This document shows positions 25,201 to 40,000 of a DNA stretch of 64,000 bases, piece after piece. The stretch comes from Nymphaea colorata. Taxonomy: Eukaryota. Each line of letters starts with the position of its first letter. Position 1 is the stretch's first letter. The notes under the pieces were generated by a model. It ran no database searches, had not been told where the DNA came from, and was given only the letters and a program-made list of their open reading frames with translations. A program made the position numbers and the translations under genes. The stretch lies in NCBI RefSeq assembly GCF_008831285.2, contig NC_045138.2, positions 6,324,001 to 6,388,000 of the forward strand, given 5' to 3'.

Positions 25201-26699
25201 AGCCTCCTAAGCTAGGAGACTTTAATTTAAGTTATATATTTTGATTCATTGATGGTGAATATATATAAGCAGTTACATATATATCGTACGACATTCTAGA
25301 GTATATCTCCAGACTTGGTAATAGATTAATAAAGAAGAGAATCAATTGGTTACAAGATTAACTTACAAGAAAAGCGTTATTAACAGGCCCCTTCTTCACT
25401 CCTTGCCATATTGAATGATATATCTCAAAATATGGATCTGGCAGACCTAAATGAAGAAGAGAATGATCCATTGGTTATCAACAGGACTTAAAGATATAGA
25501 AATCAATTATGCGTATGAAGAACTTATTAAGAAAATTGATGAGCTAAAAGTTAAAACATCTTAACCAACCACGTCAAAATTAAGTAATAAATATTTGTTC
25601 ATCAAAAGAAGATATGAAAATCTAAAAGATAAAAATAAAATTATTTGTCCAAAATAGTTAGGAATAAAACTCGACAAAACTATAGGAAATCACATGTATA
25701 AAGCAATAATCTGACTTTTACTGAAGTCTTTATGAAGGAAAAAGATTATGGTTATCCTCCAGGACAACCATATTATGAAATGAAAGATAGGTTTTAGATA
25801 AACATTTAAAAAAAAGAATTGATCAGAAAAAAGTAGGTGAAAATAATACAAAACTTCAGAATCAAGAATTAAACTCAAGTTTTATTCAATGAGTTTATTT
25901 ATTTTATTGATTAATAAATCAATGCAACATTTTTTATAATTTAATAAAAAACAACTATTTAACAAGTAAATAAAAATAAGCAAAAAATTAAAAAGTGGTC
26001 TATTATAACTATTTAATTAAAACTATCTTATGTAATCAATGTGTGCATTTTTATTAATTAACATTCAGTAAGTAAATAAAACATAACACAATAAAGATTT
26101 TTAAGAGATGATGGGCTTAGATTAGGGTTGAGGACAACTAGATGGATGAAACAATTTAAAACATCAACTTATTTTCGTCCTTCAAGGCTGGAGATTTTGC
26201 CGTTTTTTTAGGGTTGCACAATGAGTCGAGCCAACTCGTACTCGATTCGAACTTCCTCGAAAAATCTCGGCTCGAAGCTCGAACTTACAAAGATATTCAA
26301 AACAATAAACAAGATGGTTAAGTCTATTTGAATAGCGGAGGATTCTCAACTCTCCATCCATTCACTACCCATGGAGCAATCCTGAGGCACATTCATAAAA
26401 AAATCTGGAAATGAGGAAAATGGGTTTCTTCTCAACCTGTTAGCTTTTTGGATATTCTGTTACTAAAGAAGGCGCTGATATAATAAAATTTGTTAGGGTT
26501 CATGTAGATGTGGCCTGATCTGATACAGAAAGCCAAGGAATGAGGCTTGGATGTTATCCAAACTTATGTTTCTGGAACGGCCATGAGCCCTCTCCTGGGA
26601 AGGTAACATTTCGTTTCCTTCTACTTCCAGATTTTCTTGTTTTCTTGTTTTTTGGCCAAGATGGTTCGTTTCCTTCTACTTCCTTCTACCCTCTTCTGA

Positions 26700-28260
26700 T
26701 CTGATACCCCATGCTGCTTGTTAACTTTGAGAATTATGCACTCACACCATTCCTCTCTCAACCGGTCATGGAACAGTGAGACTCGAAGTTAACGAATGGA
26801 AAAACTCCTGACCAACCTATCTTGCACAGAGCTAATCCAAAGGACCATCAAATCCTCCACATGAAATGGACATACTGACTGGAGTTAATCCTAAGCCCCA
26901 CGCAATTGGACAACTTCTCCAACATAGATTCCACCATTTTCAAGGGATTGACCTTTGCCCAAAAAAGTAGCAGCACATCACACATGAAAGAGACTATCAC
27001 TGAACACTTACCCTCACGGGGGAAGGATGGTGTGATGAAAACTCTTATCTCTAGCATATTTATAGACAACCCTAAAGAAGGGCCTCTATGACAATAATAA
27101 AAAGATAAGGGGAAAATGGTCACCCAGCCTCATACCTCGTTTAAGGTTAAAAAACTTACCTGGGATACCATTCACCAAAACTGCTGCCAAAACAATAGAG
27201 ATATAGGTGAAAACTCTATTTCAACATTCTTAATTAAACTCTACATGTTATAGGGTAGATATAATGAACAACCAATTCACCCTGTCATAAGACTTTGAGA
27301 GATCAAATTTGAGATAAACCATTGGTTTCTTATCCTTCTTCATGCTATGAATGATCTCATGTGCAAGGATGATGTCGTCATGTATGACTTTATTGGCGGA
27401 AAAAACTGCTTGGTCATCTAACACAATCCTTTTGAGAACATTCATCATTTTGTTGACCATAATTTTTTTGATCAATTTATACATACTGTTAAATAAAGGG
27501 ATGGGTTGGAACTTTTGAAGAGTTGTTACACCTTCCGTCTTAGGAATAACGGTGATTTGTGTGCGATTGACCTTTTGAACAAGCCTTCTTATTAAAAGAA
27601 CAACTGTACCATTTTACTCACATCTGCACCTACAATATGCCATTTGGCCTACAATATCCCAAAAGGATCGAAAGACTATACACTTGTGCTCCTCCAATAT
27701 GATGAGCTGGTTCCGCTCCTCACTTTCACTGCAAGAGACACATGGACATCTACTGAGCATGTTCCCTTCACCTTTTTCGATTCCAAGGAGCTGTTAAAAG
27801 CACCCTTAGTAAGCTGCTAGGATGGCAAGTTGATCCCTAATCATGGAGCCTTCCACCTCCAGCTCAGTGATGGAACTTCTTTTTCTCCTACTTCTGGTAA
27901 TAGTCTGGAAATAAGTGGTATTACGATCACCTTCCAACATCCATCTCACCCTAGCCGATGTCTCCAACTGCTCTGTTCCTCATCGAGGCGCTTCCTTATT
28001 GATCCCTCAGAATCCTCTCTTCATCTGCATCCACCTACCTTCTAGATCATGGATCATTTGTGACATATTTAATTAGAACTTTATGGCTTTGATCATAAGT
28101 TCAACTGGTTCAAGCTGACCCTTCCTTTAATGAGCTAGAGGCATGTGGGTCGCTTTAAGCTTTCCCAAAAACTTGAGCATGGGGTATCCAAAAATGTTCA
28201 CCCCCATTCCTGAGCGATCACAAGCTGGCATTCCTTCCTCCGCTGCAAACATCTAAATTA
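26700..28260 (-). mobile_element. LINE (L1-clade) ORF2 reverse-transcriptase fragment
   Basis: YKLIKKIMVNKM...IHDDIILAHEIIHSM...LKFDLSKSYDRVNWLF, plus RQPI/FQPI-like and GxRQGD-like motifs. Degenerate. Confidence 0.9.
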
Positions 28261-29029
28261 ATGAAATATTTGAGGCCTAAGAATGTCTTTTTTGTTGGGA
28301 TAGGTCCAACCTCAAGTGAGGACCCACCAAACCCACCCTTTCACTTGAGTGAGTGGTCAAGGAAAAGAAGAAGGGCACTCGACGGTGCCCTATTCACCAC
28401 CGTTTTGAAAATGAGAAAAGGGGGAAACAAGCCCCCTTGTTCAATGCTCTCCAGACCAGCAAGAAGGGCAGGGTGAGTGCATGCCAATGGTGAAGAAGGA
28501 AGAAGGAAAGATGAAGAAAAACAGAGTTGTGGGTTTGTGCTACTGTGTGGGTACATGTGCAGAGAGAGAGTGATGAAAACAAGGGAAAAAAGGATGAACA
28601 CATGGTGATTTATTTTCTTATAGTTTTCTTATGCATTCATTCTTTAGGCTGATTTACGCTATTCTCTGCAAGAAGAACAACACATATTGATGTTGTTGTA
28701 TTTGCCTCTTTGATATATATATATATATATACCTCTCTTGCCTGTGGTTTTTTACCCCATTGTTGGGGTTTTTTTGATGTATATTAGTGTCTCTTGTTTT
28801 TGCATTATGTAACATATATTTTTGATATCTTACTGCAACATTGGTGTTGAGAACTCAACCTTCTGCTAGCAGTTGGGTGATTTTGTCTTTCAACAGTTTT
28901 AGTGCAGTCTCTCTTATAAAATCAGCTTGTTTGGACTGCTATGTTGATGCTAAAGGCTGTTGTTAGTTGTCTAATTATTCGATATATGTATTCTTGGAGC
29001 TTGGGAGGGGGGGGGGGGGGGGGGCGGTT

Positions 29030-32000
29030 TGTGACAGCGTTAAGTGTTGATATTGACTGGTTGTTGTCTTCTTAAGTATTTCATTGAAGGGGCAATCTAT
29101 TTTACAAGAACTATATCCATATTGTGAGGTCTTTTACAAGATTGAAACAAGGTTTATTGGGAAAGACAACCATAATAAAGTGGTATTAGACGTTAGGTAT
29201 GTAGTTTTTATTTTTATTGAAATGTGGAGTCGACCCCCACTAGAATGATCACTCTAAATTATGCGCCCATTGAGAACAAGAGGGCAACGAATATGGCAGA
29301 TTATAAGCGAAAGCTATTAGATAAGAAAACTATTGGCAAAATTAGACAATAGTTAGATGACTGTGTCTTTCATTTGATATATGCAAAAACAAGCACAAAG
29401 TTATTATGACAGAAGTTGCATGGTCTTTCCGAGTAGAAAACAGTTGGAAACAAGGCTTTCTTGTTCACGCAATTGGTAAATCTCAAATTTAGAAAGGGGA
29501 GTCCTGTGGCAAAGCATTTGAATGAAGTGCATATCATAATTAATCAGTTGTCAGCCATGAAAATGATGTTAGGTAATGAGTTACACACTTTTGATGCTAA
29601 GTTCTCTTCCAAATAGTTTAAGATTCTAGTTGTTTCTTTGGGCAACTCTGCTCCAGATAGTGTGTTACCAATGAAGCATGTAACCAATAACATTTTAAAT
29701 GAAGAGACAAGGAGAAAGACTCTTGGTACTACTAGCTCACAAGTATTAGTGATGAGAGACAGGGGCAGACAGGAAAACCACAATAAATGAGATGACAAAT
29801 CATAATATAGGTCCAAATGAAAGCTTAAGATGATAAGTAAATACTTTCATTGTGGTATGTCAGGTCACAGACAGAAGAAAAAGAACAAAAAAAAAAGTCA
29901 AGAGAGTGTGAAACCAAAAGAATACATTGAAGTTGCTTCAGATGATAAGGTAGAATTACTTTTATCTTATATGAGGAAAATGATTGTCTTATAGTTGAGA
30001 ATGGTGATTCTACATGAATATTAGATATTGAGACATCTTATCATACCACACCATGCCAAGATTTGCTCTCATCCTATAAAGCAAGTGATCTTGGAGTTAT
30101 TTCACATGGACAACAGTGACACTTCTAAAATTATTGAGGTAGGGGATGTTTGCATTGAGACAAACACATGATGCAAATTGGCTTTGCAAGATGTGAGACA
30201 TGTTTCAGATCTTAGAATGAATCTGATTTCTACAGAAAAACTAAGTAAAGATGAGTATTGTACTTCTTTTAGTTATGTTGGTTAGGAACTAGCAAAGAGG
30301 ACATTAGATTTGGCTCTTTGTTTGGTATGAAGTCTCGAATCAATAGTGGTGAGGTAATGCAGTTACTCATAGTACTTTGTCAGATTTATTGCATAGAAAG
30401 TTAGGTCACATGAGTCAAAGATGAACCAATTTGCTCATAAAATTTGTTACCAAAGGCAGATGGTGCGTAATTATCTCCTTCTGATCATTGCTTGGTTGGT
30501 AAGTTGCATATAATCTTTTTTTAGAAAAAAACACTCTTAAAAAATTAAAGATGTATTAGATTTAGTTTATTCAGATGTATGTGGTCCTATGAATATGGCA
30601 TCTAATGGTGGAACATCTTATTTTGTCACATTTATTGATGATGCATCTAGAAAGGTGTGGGCCTTTTACAATGAAAATAAGAGTGAAGTAAGTAATATCT
30701 TCATTACTATTCATGCAGCGGTTGAACGTGAGATAGGTAAGAAAATGAAGAGATTGTATACAGATAATGGTGGTGAATACATAGCTTCTTCTCTGCAAGA
30801 ATATAATCATGGTATTATACATGAAAAGATAGTTCCCTATACTTCACAATAGAATTAATAATTTGCTATCTTGCTCTAAGTAGACTAAGCAGTTTTAAGG
30901 AGTGGTAATGCAGTACTACAGTTTATTTGATAAACAAATCTTCTTGAGTGGCTCTAGATAGAGATATTCTACAAAGGGTTTGGTCATATAAAGACATAAA
31001 GTGTGACTACCTCAGAGTTTTTGTTTGCAAAACATTCATGTATGTACTTAAAGAATATCGAACCAAACTAGATGATAAAGTTATTTTTTAAATATTTCTT
31101 GGTTATACAAATGATGAGTTTGGTTACATGTTATGAGATCCACGGAATGACAAGATCTATAGGGTAGTGATGTTATCTTTAAAGAGGATCAGACGATTGA
31201 AGATGTCATAGAAGGCAAACAGTCAGATGGGAAGCTAGTGGTGTTCGTGAGCCAACAGAACCTGAAGAAACTTTCATCTGAGCATGGTGAGACTCATGAA
31301 AATGTAGAAGAGAAAATAGAGGCAGAAGAGCAGTATATAGATGACAACTCTATGGAAACTTAAACTGATTATGAGCATAAGTTGGAGGAGGAACTTCCTC
31401 CTCATCCAAAACCAATTAAAGAGCAATTTGGGAGAGATAAAAGAACACATATTCCATCTAGTAGATATATTACTAATGAATATACTATGTTTGCAGATAG
31501 TGGAAAGGTAGAATCCTATGTAGAGAAGTTAGATGATGTGCATAAAGATAAATGGATTCAAGCTATACAGGAAGAAATGAATTCTTTATATAAGAATCAC
31601 ACTTTTGATTTGGTAGACCTTCTAAAAGGTAAGAAAGTATTGCAAAACAAGTGGATCTACAAGCATAAAAATGAAGGCCAAGATAAGTTGAGATATAAAG
31701 CCCAATTAGTGATGAAAGAATTCAAGCAGGAAATATGTATTGATTTTGATAAAATTTTCTCTCCTGTTATTTAAATATCATCTATCAGGGTAATACTTGG
31801 TTTGGTGGCATATCTAGACTTGAAGTTGGAATAGTTATACGTAAAAACTGCTTTTCTTCATGGAGATCTAGAGGAAGAAATTTACATGACACAAACAGAA
31901 GGTTTTGTAGCAGCCAGGAAGAAGCACATGACTTGCAAGTTAAGGAAGAATTTGTACAAATTTAAACAAGCACCTAAGTAACGATACAAGAAATTTGATG

Positions 32001-32165
32001 CATTTATGATAAATAAAAAATGTTATAGGTCAGCTGTAGATCATTGTGTCTACATCAAAGAGTTGTCATCAGGTAACTTTATTATCCTGTTGTTATATGT
32101 AGATAACGTGCTTATTGTTGGACAAGATTATCAACTGATTAGCCAATTAAAGAAGGACATGAGCA
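29030..32165 (+). mobile_element. Ty1/copia element (short LTR-like piece, PBS, gag, protease, integrase, RT), 3'-truncated
   Basis: PBS-like tggtattagacg at 29181. Motifs LVYSDVCGP, YFVTFIDDASRKVW, DNGGEY, QEEMNSL, RYKAQLV, IFSPV and YVDN. Many stops. Confidence 0.9.
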
Positions 32166-33420
32166 AGTTTGGGGTTTAGGATTGGGCTCAGGATCCAAAG
32201 ATTAAATTTGCACATAGTATTTTTGCAAAAATTTGGGGTGATCACAAATATGCTTTTAATTTTTTTCTTTGCACAAGATTGAGACGCGAAAACAAAGGCA
32301 AGGTCTATGCATGCATGCACGTTGTTCAATAGTATCAAAATTTGTTTTTTTGTTCTCGACTTCGGATTTTGAGTTGAAATTCTCACTTTAGATCTAGACT
32401 TTGGTTTTGGATCTAATTTAGATCCGAGAGTGGATTTATGGGTCTGTGTTGCTAGTTTGGACTTAATTTCGTTTGTTGGGCTCAATTATGGACTTTGGCT
32501 TCGTATTTTGGATCATGGTGTGTAGTTTAGATATAGGACATGGATTTGGATACAAATCTTGATCTAAAGTTGAATTTTGGAATTAAATCATACATTTGTA
32601 TTCAGATATGGGTCTAGAAGTTTGTTTTGGATCGAGTGGTTGAGAATTGGATTTGGATATGGCTATAGAAGTTTGTCTTGGATCTAGGGTTGAAATTTGA
32701 AATTGGATACTAATTTAGAAGTCTATTTTGGGTTGAACATGGACTCAAGGTTCAAAATTAGACCCAAATCACTATAAAGATTGTTGAAATAACCGATAAT
32801 CTTGTTTGAATGAAATAAAGTCTTTAAAAAAAAAAATCGGGTGATAACGGATGTAGTACTAAAATAGCTGTAATTGAATCAACTTTGGATGTCTAGGTAC
32901 AGATAAAAGAAAAAAACCATATCTTGTTGTATTCTGTAACATGGATGTCGATTTTTAGTGTTATTATTGACATTGTATGTTGCTTAATATTTATTACTTT
33001 TGATTGTGCATTCAAGAGTTTAGAGTCCTTGTATTTATGTATCTTACTATGCGTGTACTTTATTTGAGACAATAAAGTAGGAAAAAAGACCTCTCATATT
33101 CATCATTGTTCAAAAGCTTTCATGCCATAGATGTATATATAAAATGGGAGATATAGTGGCAACACTAAGGCATCAAATGATTCAAATTTGAGAGTTACAA
33201 TTGGAAAAGCTCATATGTTATTGCATTCAATAACAAGGACGAGAATTTTATGTTTTAATATTAATGCAATAATTGAATCCTGCCTAAATGTAGCATTAAC
33301 AATTGTATGTTCCAAAATCTTGTGGGGCTTTATATTCAAGTTTTTTCCTAATTTAAACTTGTGGTTTACTTGAGAGAGTATAACTGGTGGAAAGACCCCT
33401 CATATCCATCATTGTTTTAA
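32165..33420. repeat. Solo-LTR 3' part plus LRR blocks, paralogous to ~15260-16400
   Basis: Collinear similarity, including the LTR end gggtgataacg-gatgt. An extra LTR-end motif aaatttggggtgatcaca sits at ~32229-32246. Confidence 0.8.
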
Positions 33421-33429
33421 ACCATAAAG

Positions 33430-34650
33430 AACTTTCTTATGTCGTAAAACTTTGTCTTGAGGCAAGTCAAGTCTAAGAGGGGCACTCATGAAAAAAACTT
33501 TAAGTTGTTTAGAAAAGCATTTTCAACATCTACTTGAAAAATAGGCCATTGTTTAGTAGAAGCAGCTGCAATAAGAGTTCTAATAGAGGTTATTCGAGCA
33601 AACAAAACAAAAGTTTCTTCATAGTCAATCCCATATTCTTGAGCATTGCCCTTAGCGACAAATCTAGCCTTATACCTTTCTAATTTACCTCAACCTCTAG
33701 TTTTGACCTTATAGATCCACCTATATCCTATGGTCTTTTTTCTTGTAGGTAAAGAAACAATTTCCCAAGTCTCATTACTTTCGAGAGCTTTAAGCTCAAG
33801 ATTCATGGCTTCATTCCAATTTGGATATTCCTTAGCTTCACAATAAGATGAAGGCTGATAAAAATAATGATGTGCCATAAGACAAGCTCGGTGTTTATGA
33901 GAAAAGCATTCATATGGAATAAATATTTGGGGTGGTCTAACATGCCTTTGAGACTTTCTAGGATTGGATTGATTAGTTTCTTAAGCTGCATGACTCCTTC
34001 GCCTATAAACAATAATATCCCCAAAGGATCATCATTTGTAGAACTTTCTTTTCCAATTTCTTCAACTTGATCCTCATCATTAGAATCATCATCATCACCA
34101 AAATCAGTCCATACAAAAACATAATCCTCTAGTTGCTTGGTTTCATTCTTAATGCCATCTTCATCTTCCAAAAATATCACATTTCTAATAACATAAACTT
34201 TGTCCTTCTCAATATCATAGCATCTATAACCATTTTGTGTTTTTGAGTAACTAATGAACACACAATTAATGGCTTTAGAGGAAATTTTATCATTTTTGTC
34301 ACTGAAAACATAACATTACAGCAAAAGCCTTAAGTCTATTATAATTTGGCTTAATATTGTATAATCTTTCGAATGGAGAAATATGTTTCAAGATTATCGT
34401 AGACATTCTATTAATCGACTAGGATGATTTAGAACAGTTTCAGCCCAAAAATTTTGTAGGAACATTTTTGGATAAGAGAAGTGCTCTTACAGTTTGAATA
34501 ATGTGTCTATGCTTTCGTTCAGCCACTCCATTTTGTTGTGGAGTCTTTGAACAAGATTTTTTATGTAAGATGCCTTTGCCTTTTAGAAATTGTTCAAATT
34601 CATTGAAAATAAACTCACCTCCCGAATAATTTCTCAACTCATCATACAAT
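33430..34650 (-). mobile_element. Ty1/copia integrase-RT fragment
   Basis: TPQQNGVAERKHRH, GYRCYD, AMNLELKALESNETWEIV and ETFVLFAR. Confidence 0.9.
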
Positions 34651-34699
34651 TGTATAAATCAAACTTCCTAGGCTGGTCAGAATGTGCCTTCTTTGTCAA

Positions 34700-34810
34700 A
34701 GCTGTTTTTTCCCACCTTAAGGAGCACTTATACATGACACTATTATTAATTCTGTGTTCTTTTATCTTTCCACACCTTAAGGAGCACTTATACGTGACAC
34801 TTATACATGT
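34700..34810. repeat. ~60-bp direct repeat pair
   Basis: caccttaaggagcacttatac(a/g)tgacacttat occurs twice. Confidence 0.75.
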
Positions 34811-35647
34811 GCCTTCTTTTATGAGAATAGAAGTTTTCTTGCATATTGAAGTTTCCTCACCAAGTTGGACATATGATTCTCTCTTGTCCTCAGTGAACAT
34901 AAGAGTACCATATGAAAAGACGCCTGACTTCTACAAGCCCAACAACAGGGACATCATAGAACAATATAATAGAGCTTAGGCCAGCTTTGCCAGAACATCA
35001 TTAAGAGCAAAGATAGTCTAAAAGTAGTATTTCTCTACTTCTGGCAAGCTCCTTATCTTGACTGCATGATCAAGCTGACCAACAAAAGGAGTGATCATCA
35101 GAATCCTCAAAATAAACCAGACACATGTTTTAAGGAACAAGTGTTGCTGATGACAAAAAAAAGTGTCCTTCCTAGAAATGCCCCAGCTCATGGAATCTGA
35201 GCCTCGAAATAAAATGTTTCAACCCTCACTATCCATACTTGATGAAAATCAACTCACCCCTATGCATCTCTATTTCAATCCTCGTATTTTGCTTGACGCA
35301 ATAGATCCTCTCCACGTCAAATCTTTGCATCTTTGCCCCTCCACCATAGGTAACCATTGCTCTCTCCCTCTCTCATCAGTGTTTGTCTGTTGTTTAGAGA
35401 GGCCTTGCAAAGCAGCCATATTTTTGTGTAGGTTTGTGAAGGTGGAGGAGTGATTCTGGAAGAGTGAAGGCTTTTTGTGCAGGCCTGTGAGAGAAGGAGA
35501 GGTGGTTCTCTTTGTTGGTCACAGAACTATTTCAACATAAGGGTTTTGAAGCTCTATTAATGGTGAAGGTGTGCTTTAGGCTCTTTTCCTCCTCGTTTTC
35601 TTGTTTAGGATATGATATTCATCAAGGAAAATTCCTTTATTCTTATA

Positions 35648-35985
35648 TGCTAAAAGTTCTTCCTCATCCTCATCACCATCGTCAGTTGCTGTGTTCAGGT
35701 AAACCCTAATTTTTCTATTTTGTGCTTGCACTCTGTGCAGCTGGGTCTTTTATGATTGCCTTCATTCTCTCGCGCTGCCTTTCTCTTTCTTGGATCAAAC
35801 AGTTCCAGATTTTCCATCTCGATCTGAGTATTGTCGGGAGGGATTCTAGCCATTGGTTGGATTGTACTTAGCTCATTCCCCTTTTCGCATATGTACTGAG
35901 TAGAGGCAAAAAATGGAGAAATTAAGGTTTACTTGATTACAAAAACTGACGATGGTGACGATGATGAGGGAAAACTTGTAGTAGA
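35648..35985. repeat. IR1 copy 2 with the loop-proximal ~65 bp of the right arm deleted
   Basis: Homologous to 8622-9031 but lacks the ctggaacc...aaaaaccc segment. Confidence 0.8.
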
Positions 35986-36263
35986 GAAGGACATTTTATT
36001 TTGAGGCTCGTGTTCCAGGGGTTGGGGCATTTCTCGGATGGATGACTTTTTGTTCTTCTTGGACAGAATGATGCTTTGTCGTCATTTGTCTTCTAGCCAG
36101 ACATGTTTAATTGTTAAAGATGTGAAAGTAATTTCCATCAGAAAATGAAAAAAGAGTAATTGCCTCAGACATTCTAATTGTTAAAGATGTGAAAGTAATT
36201 TCCATCAAAAAATGCAAAACCAAATTAAAAACCGCTCTGTTCTGATTAGCAGAAGACATTCAG

Positions 36264-36289
<26 letters not shown>

Positions 36290-36299
<10 letters not shown>

Positions 36300-37232
36300 T
36301 AAATGAGGTGGAGGTGGCCACCGCGAGAGAACGAGCATCAGATCATCAATGTCCAAGGTGGGGAGACAGAATGATTTCTTGTCATTTTCAATGTTATCTC
36401 CTTCGTTATTCAAACTCTCCTCCTCTTTTTGTGTGCATGTGATTGTCTATTTGATAAGAGCGGCCCCTGCCAACAACATTTGGGAGAGAAAAGGGCATGT
36501 CTTCTCTTTCTGTTTTCTTTCTTATTTCTTCATATATATATTTTTCCATTCTCTTTCCTTCGTACTTTTTCTCTTATTCCTTTCTCCCTCCCTCTCTCTT
36601 GCTTCTTGTTGTTCAAGGGGATAATAAGCAATGGCATCATAGGAAACACCTTATATTAAACATTGTGTTGAGGCCCTCTTAAAATCTTTTTTTTCCCTTT
36701 TTCAGCTCCCCTTTTTCTCCATTTCTTTTTTGCTATTTCATTATTCCTTCTCCCTCTAACGCACATGATATATATACATAGTAAGAGAGAAATAGGTATA
36801 AAAAGAAATAGAAAAGGTGGCTCAAAAAGATAGAAAAGGTCATAAGGTGGTCACCGCAGCATGCGTAACATGAGGTCCCTACGAGACCATTGCTCATTAT
36901 CTCCTTAAGCAAAGAGAGAGAAGAGAGAGAGGGTGAGAAAGGAATTATAGAAAAAATATGAAGGAAAGAGAACACAAAAAAATATGAAGACAGAAAAGCA
37001 GAAGAATGAGAACAAAAAGAAGAGGACGTGACCTTCTCTCTCAACTGCTTTCAACAAGTGGCACTCTTCTCACACAAACGCACATAAACAGAAACAGGAG
37101 GAGGGCCAAAGTACTGGGGGAGAGAATAGTGCAAATGCTGAGGAATCATCCTCTTTTCCTGTTGTGGCTGTTGATGATCTGGCAATCCTTCTCTCTAGGT
37201 ACCCACTTCCACCTCCTCATGTCTTTCTCTCA
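36290..37232. repeat. IR2 palindrome copy 3 (longest arms)
   Basis: atgaggtggaggtgg pairs with ccacttccacctcctcat. Centre ~36770. Confidence 0.85.
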
Positions 37233-37509
37233 CTCTATGTCACTATCATTAAGGAAAAAATGGGGTTATTGGGGAGTTTTATTCAAAGAACTTGTTTTCC
37301 TTCGACAAAGTTGCAATAAGCCTTGTTTTCGACCCGTTTTCGAGTTGTTTGATCCTTCAATGTTTTTGAAAATCTGTTAGTAATTAAAGTAGAGTATTTT
37401 TAATTTGGTTTTGAGTTTTCCTCTACAGAAATTGTTGTGACATTGTATCCCTAAGGGAGTTGGCACAATAGAAGGGGTAGATGTTCGTAGATTACTCCAT
37501 TGGTTATTC

Positions 37510-39953
37510 ATGGGGCATCAACTTCTTGTGTTGCAAAAAGTGGATACTGATATCCAAGTTGAAGCATAACATACGTGTATGTGCATCAAAAGTAGGTCTG
37601 GTACCTGGGGAAGATGGTGGCTTGTCTCTCTTGTTAAGCGGCATGAAAAACTACTCCTCTTACTACTCAACAAATTACTGTGAAGTTTTACTCTGCCCAA
37701 GGCAGTTGCTCTCTTTCCATTCATTGAACCCATACCACGTGCACCACATCATTTTCAGCTCATTTCAACATAACCTGAATAAGTGATGCAAGCTCCTATG
37801 TTGACCATCTCCGTGCCTTCTTAATTAAAATGTTCACCACTCCATTCTATCATGCAAGACTGAAGGCCTTATGCATATGACAAATCATGGAGCAAGCTTT
37901 ATGAAAGAAGGTGCCAGGATTGCAGAAAATTTTAAATATGAAAAGACGATGTCCTCACTACTGGACGAAAGGGACCACAAACCCATTCTTCATATAACAA
38001 ACCTCCGCTCCAAGAATAGAAGCCAGTGGTACGTTTTTGTTTCTATACGCAATTCCATCTTTCGTTTGTGTTCATGTTGGTGATTTCTGATGGGAATGAA
38101 GCGGGTCGTCCCCCCGGGTTCCCCCACCAAACAACTGAGACACCAACCACGCCCCTTCCCTTCCTCTGATCATGAAGCCCCCTGATCTCTTTATTTTTCT
38201 TTCATCCTTCCATCCAATTCTTTCTAATTCAACAAAAAAAAGAGGCCCCGGATGTTTGTTTGAAGTGGAGAAGGCAGAGAAAGTACAAAAAAAGTAAGTA
38301 TGTTGATTGATTTGTACCCCCACTATGGAAGAGGAAGTTGAGGAGTGTGGCTAGAAAGAAACAGCTGAAGGGTCATCAAATGGAGAAGTGTGAAGTGGGT
38401 TTTAGGTTATCGAGGCATATCTGATATATAATATTATATTGTTCTATTGCATAGCATAGTATATGTCATATAGTTAATTTGTACATAAATACATGTAATG
38501 TGTCCCTTAAATAAATACATGTAACTTATACATAAAAAATCATGTTCTAAGCAAGATGTATACTCAAATCTAATAGAAAGAAAGTATAAAGCTAAAATAA
38601 CAAAAAAAAAAAAACACTTCATGCAAAACGCATGAACCATATATCTTATAAAATAAAATTACTTAAGAAAACAAGTGAAAAAGTAACTTCTCATCTGGCA
38701 CACGTTCACAAGCCTGTCATTCATAGAACTTGAGAACACCCTCAGCACTATGGTGAGAAAAGATTACAGTTTGGAAGTTATACATGAGTAAAAAGGCTCA
38801 TGCGTTGAAGTATTTGATAATAAAGATGAAAATTTTAGGTTTTAATATTAATCATAGCCTTGAATGGTACCTAAATTATCACTAACAACTGTACCTTCCA
38901 AAGTTCAGGTAATTGCATTCAAGTTTTACAAGTTCGTTTTGCTTGAGAACTATAATTAATGGAATCAAATCTCTACCATCAATTGAAAACTTGGATTAAA
39001 AAAGAGATATGTTGTTTTGCATCCCAAAATTTGTTTTGAATTTGAAGTGTTCAGAAATATAAAGTTTTATTTTTGAAAAAAGAGAGAATAAGGACTCGCT
39101 TGTTGGTACGACGATTGGTCATTCTTGGTGCCTTTACCGGCGGTAACCAACCAAAGGGCTATGCTTATTCTTGATGTGTTCAATTCTACATAAATATCAT
39201 CTCCATTCTAAATGTAGGCGGTGCTTGAAAAATTTGAAGATTTAATGTTTCAAACTTTTGGATGAGAAAAATTTGAAGAGTCATCTGAAAATATAAGTCA
39301 TTTTGATTTGAGAGATTTTTGTATAAAGGAACATTAGCAAATATATTTGAAAATCTTTGGAAGATAATAGGGGTATTTTAAAGACCTCTTTTCAAAATAG
39401 ATTTAGTGTTCTCTAAAGAACTGAAGTAGGTTTAAGATTTTGCTCTAATTTGGGTACTACCTAGCTAGAGCTCCATCTTATCTTGCTTATGTTTTTTTAT
39501 AAGGGTGCTTGTGATCATTCATGAATTTCACAAGTAAAATGTGAATGCATGAATGCTTTGGTTCTATATGATTGAAAGAAAATTATTCATTCATACAATA
39601 TCATTCATCTAAGAATCTCCCTATCATCACATCCAGAATTATTTACATATTTGTCCCAAATATTCTCATGAAAAGAAAACAAAATGATTTGATAGTAAAG
39701 TATGGTTGTAAACCATCAAACATGATTCTAATATTGGGTATGCACTTGAGTTTTGGTTTTAATGAAATCGATAAATGAAAATTAAAATCTTAGAATCATG
39801 TATATGTGTGTATAAAATTGAATAGTTGACAGAATAAAAAAAGAAATAGAAAAGATTTTGAGCCAAGAGGAATAGAGAAAAGGAGAAAAAAATTTTGAAA
39901 AGAAAGAAAGAAAAATTTTTAAGAGAGAGCAAGGGATGTATGTGTGTGTGTAT

Positions 39954-40000
<47 letters not shown>

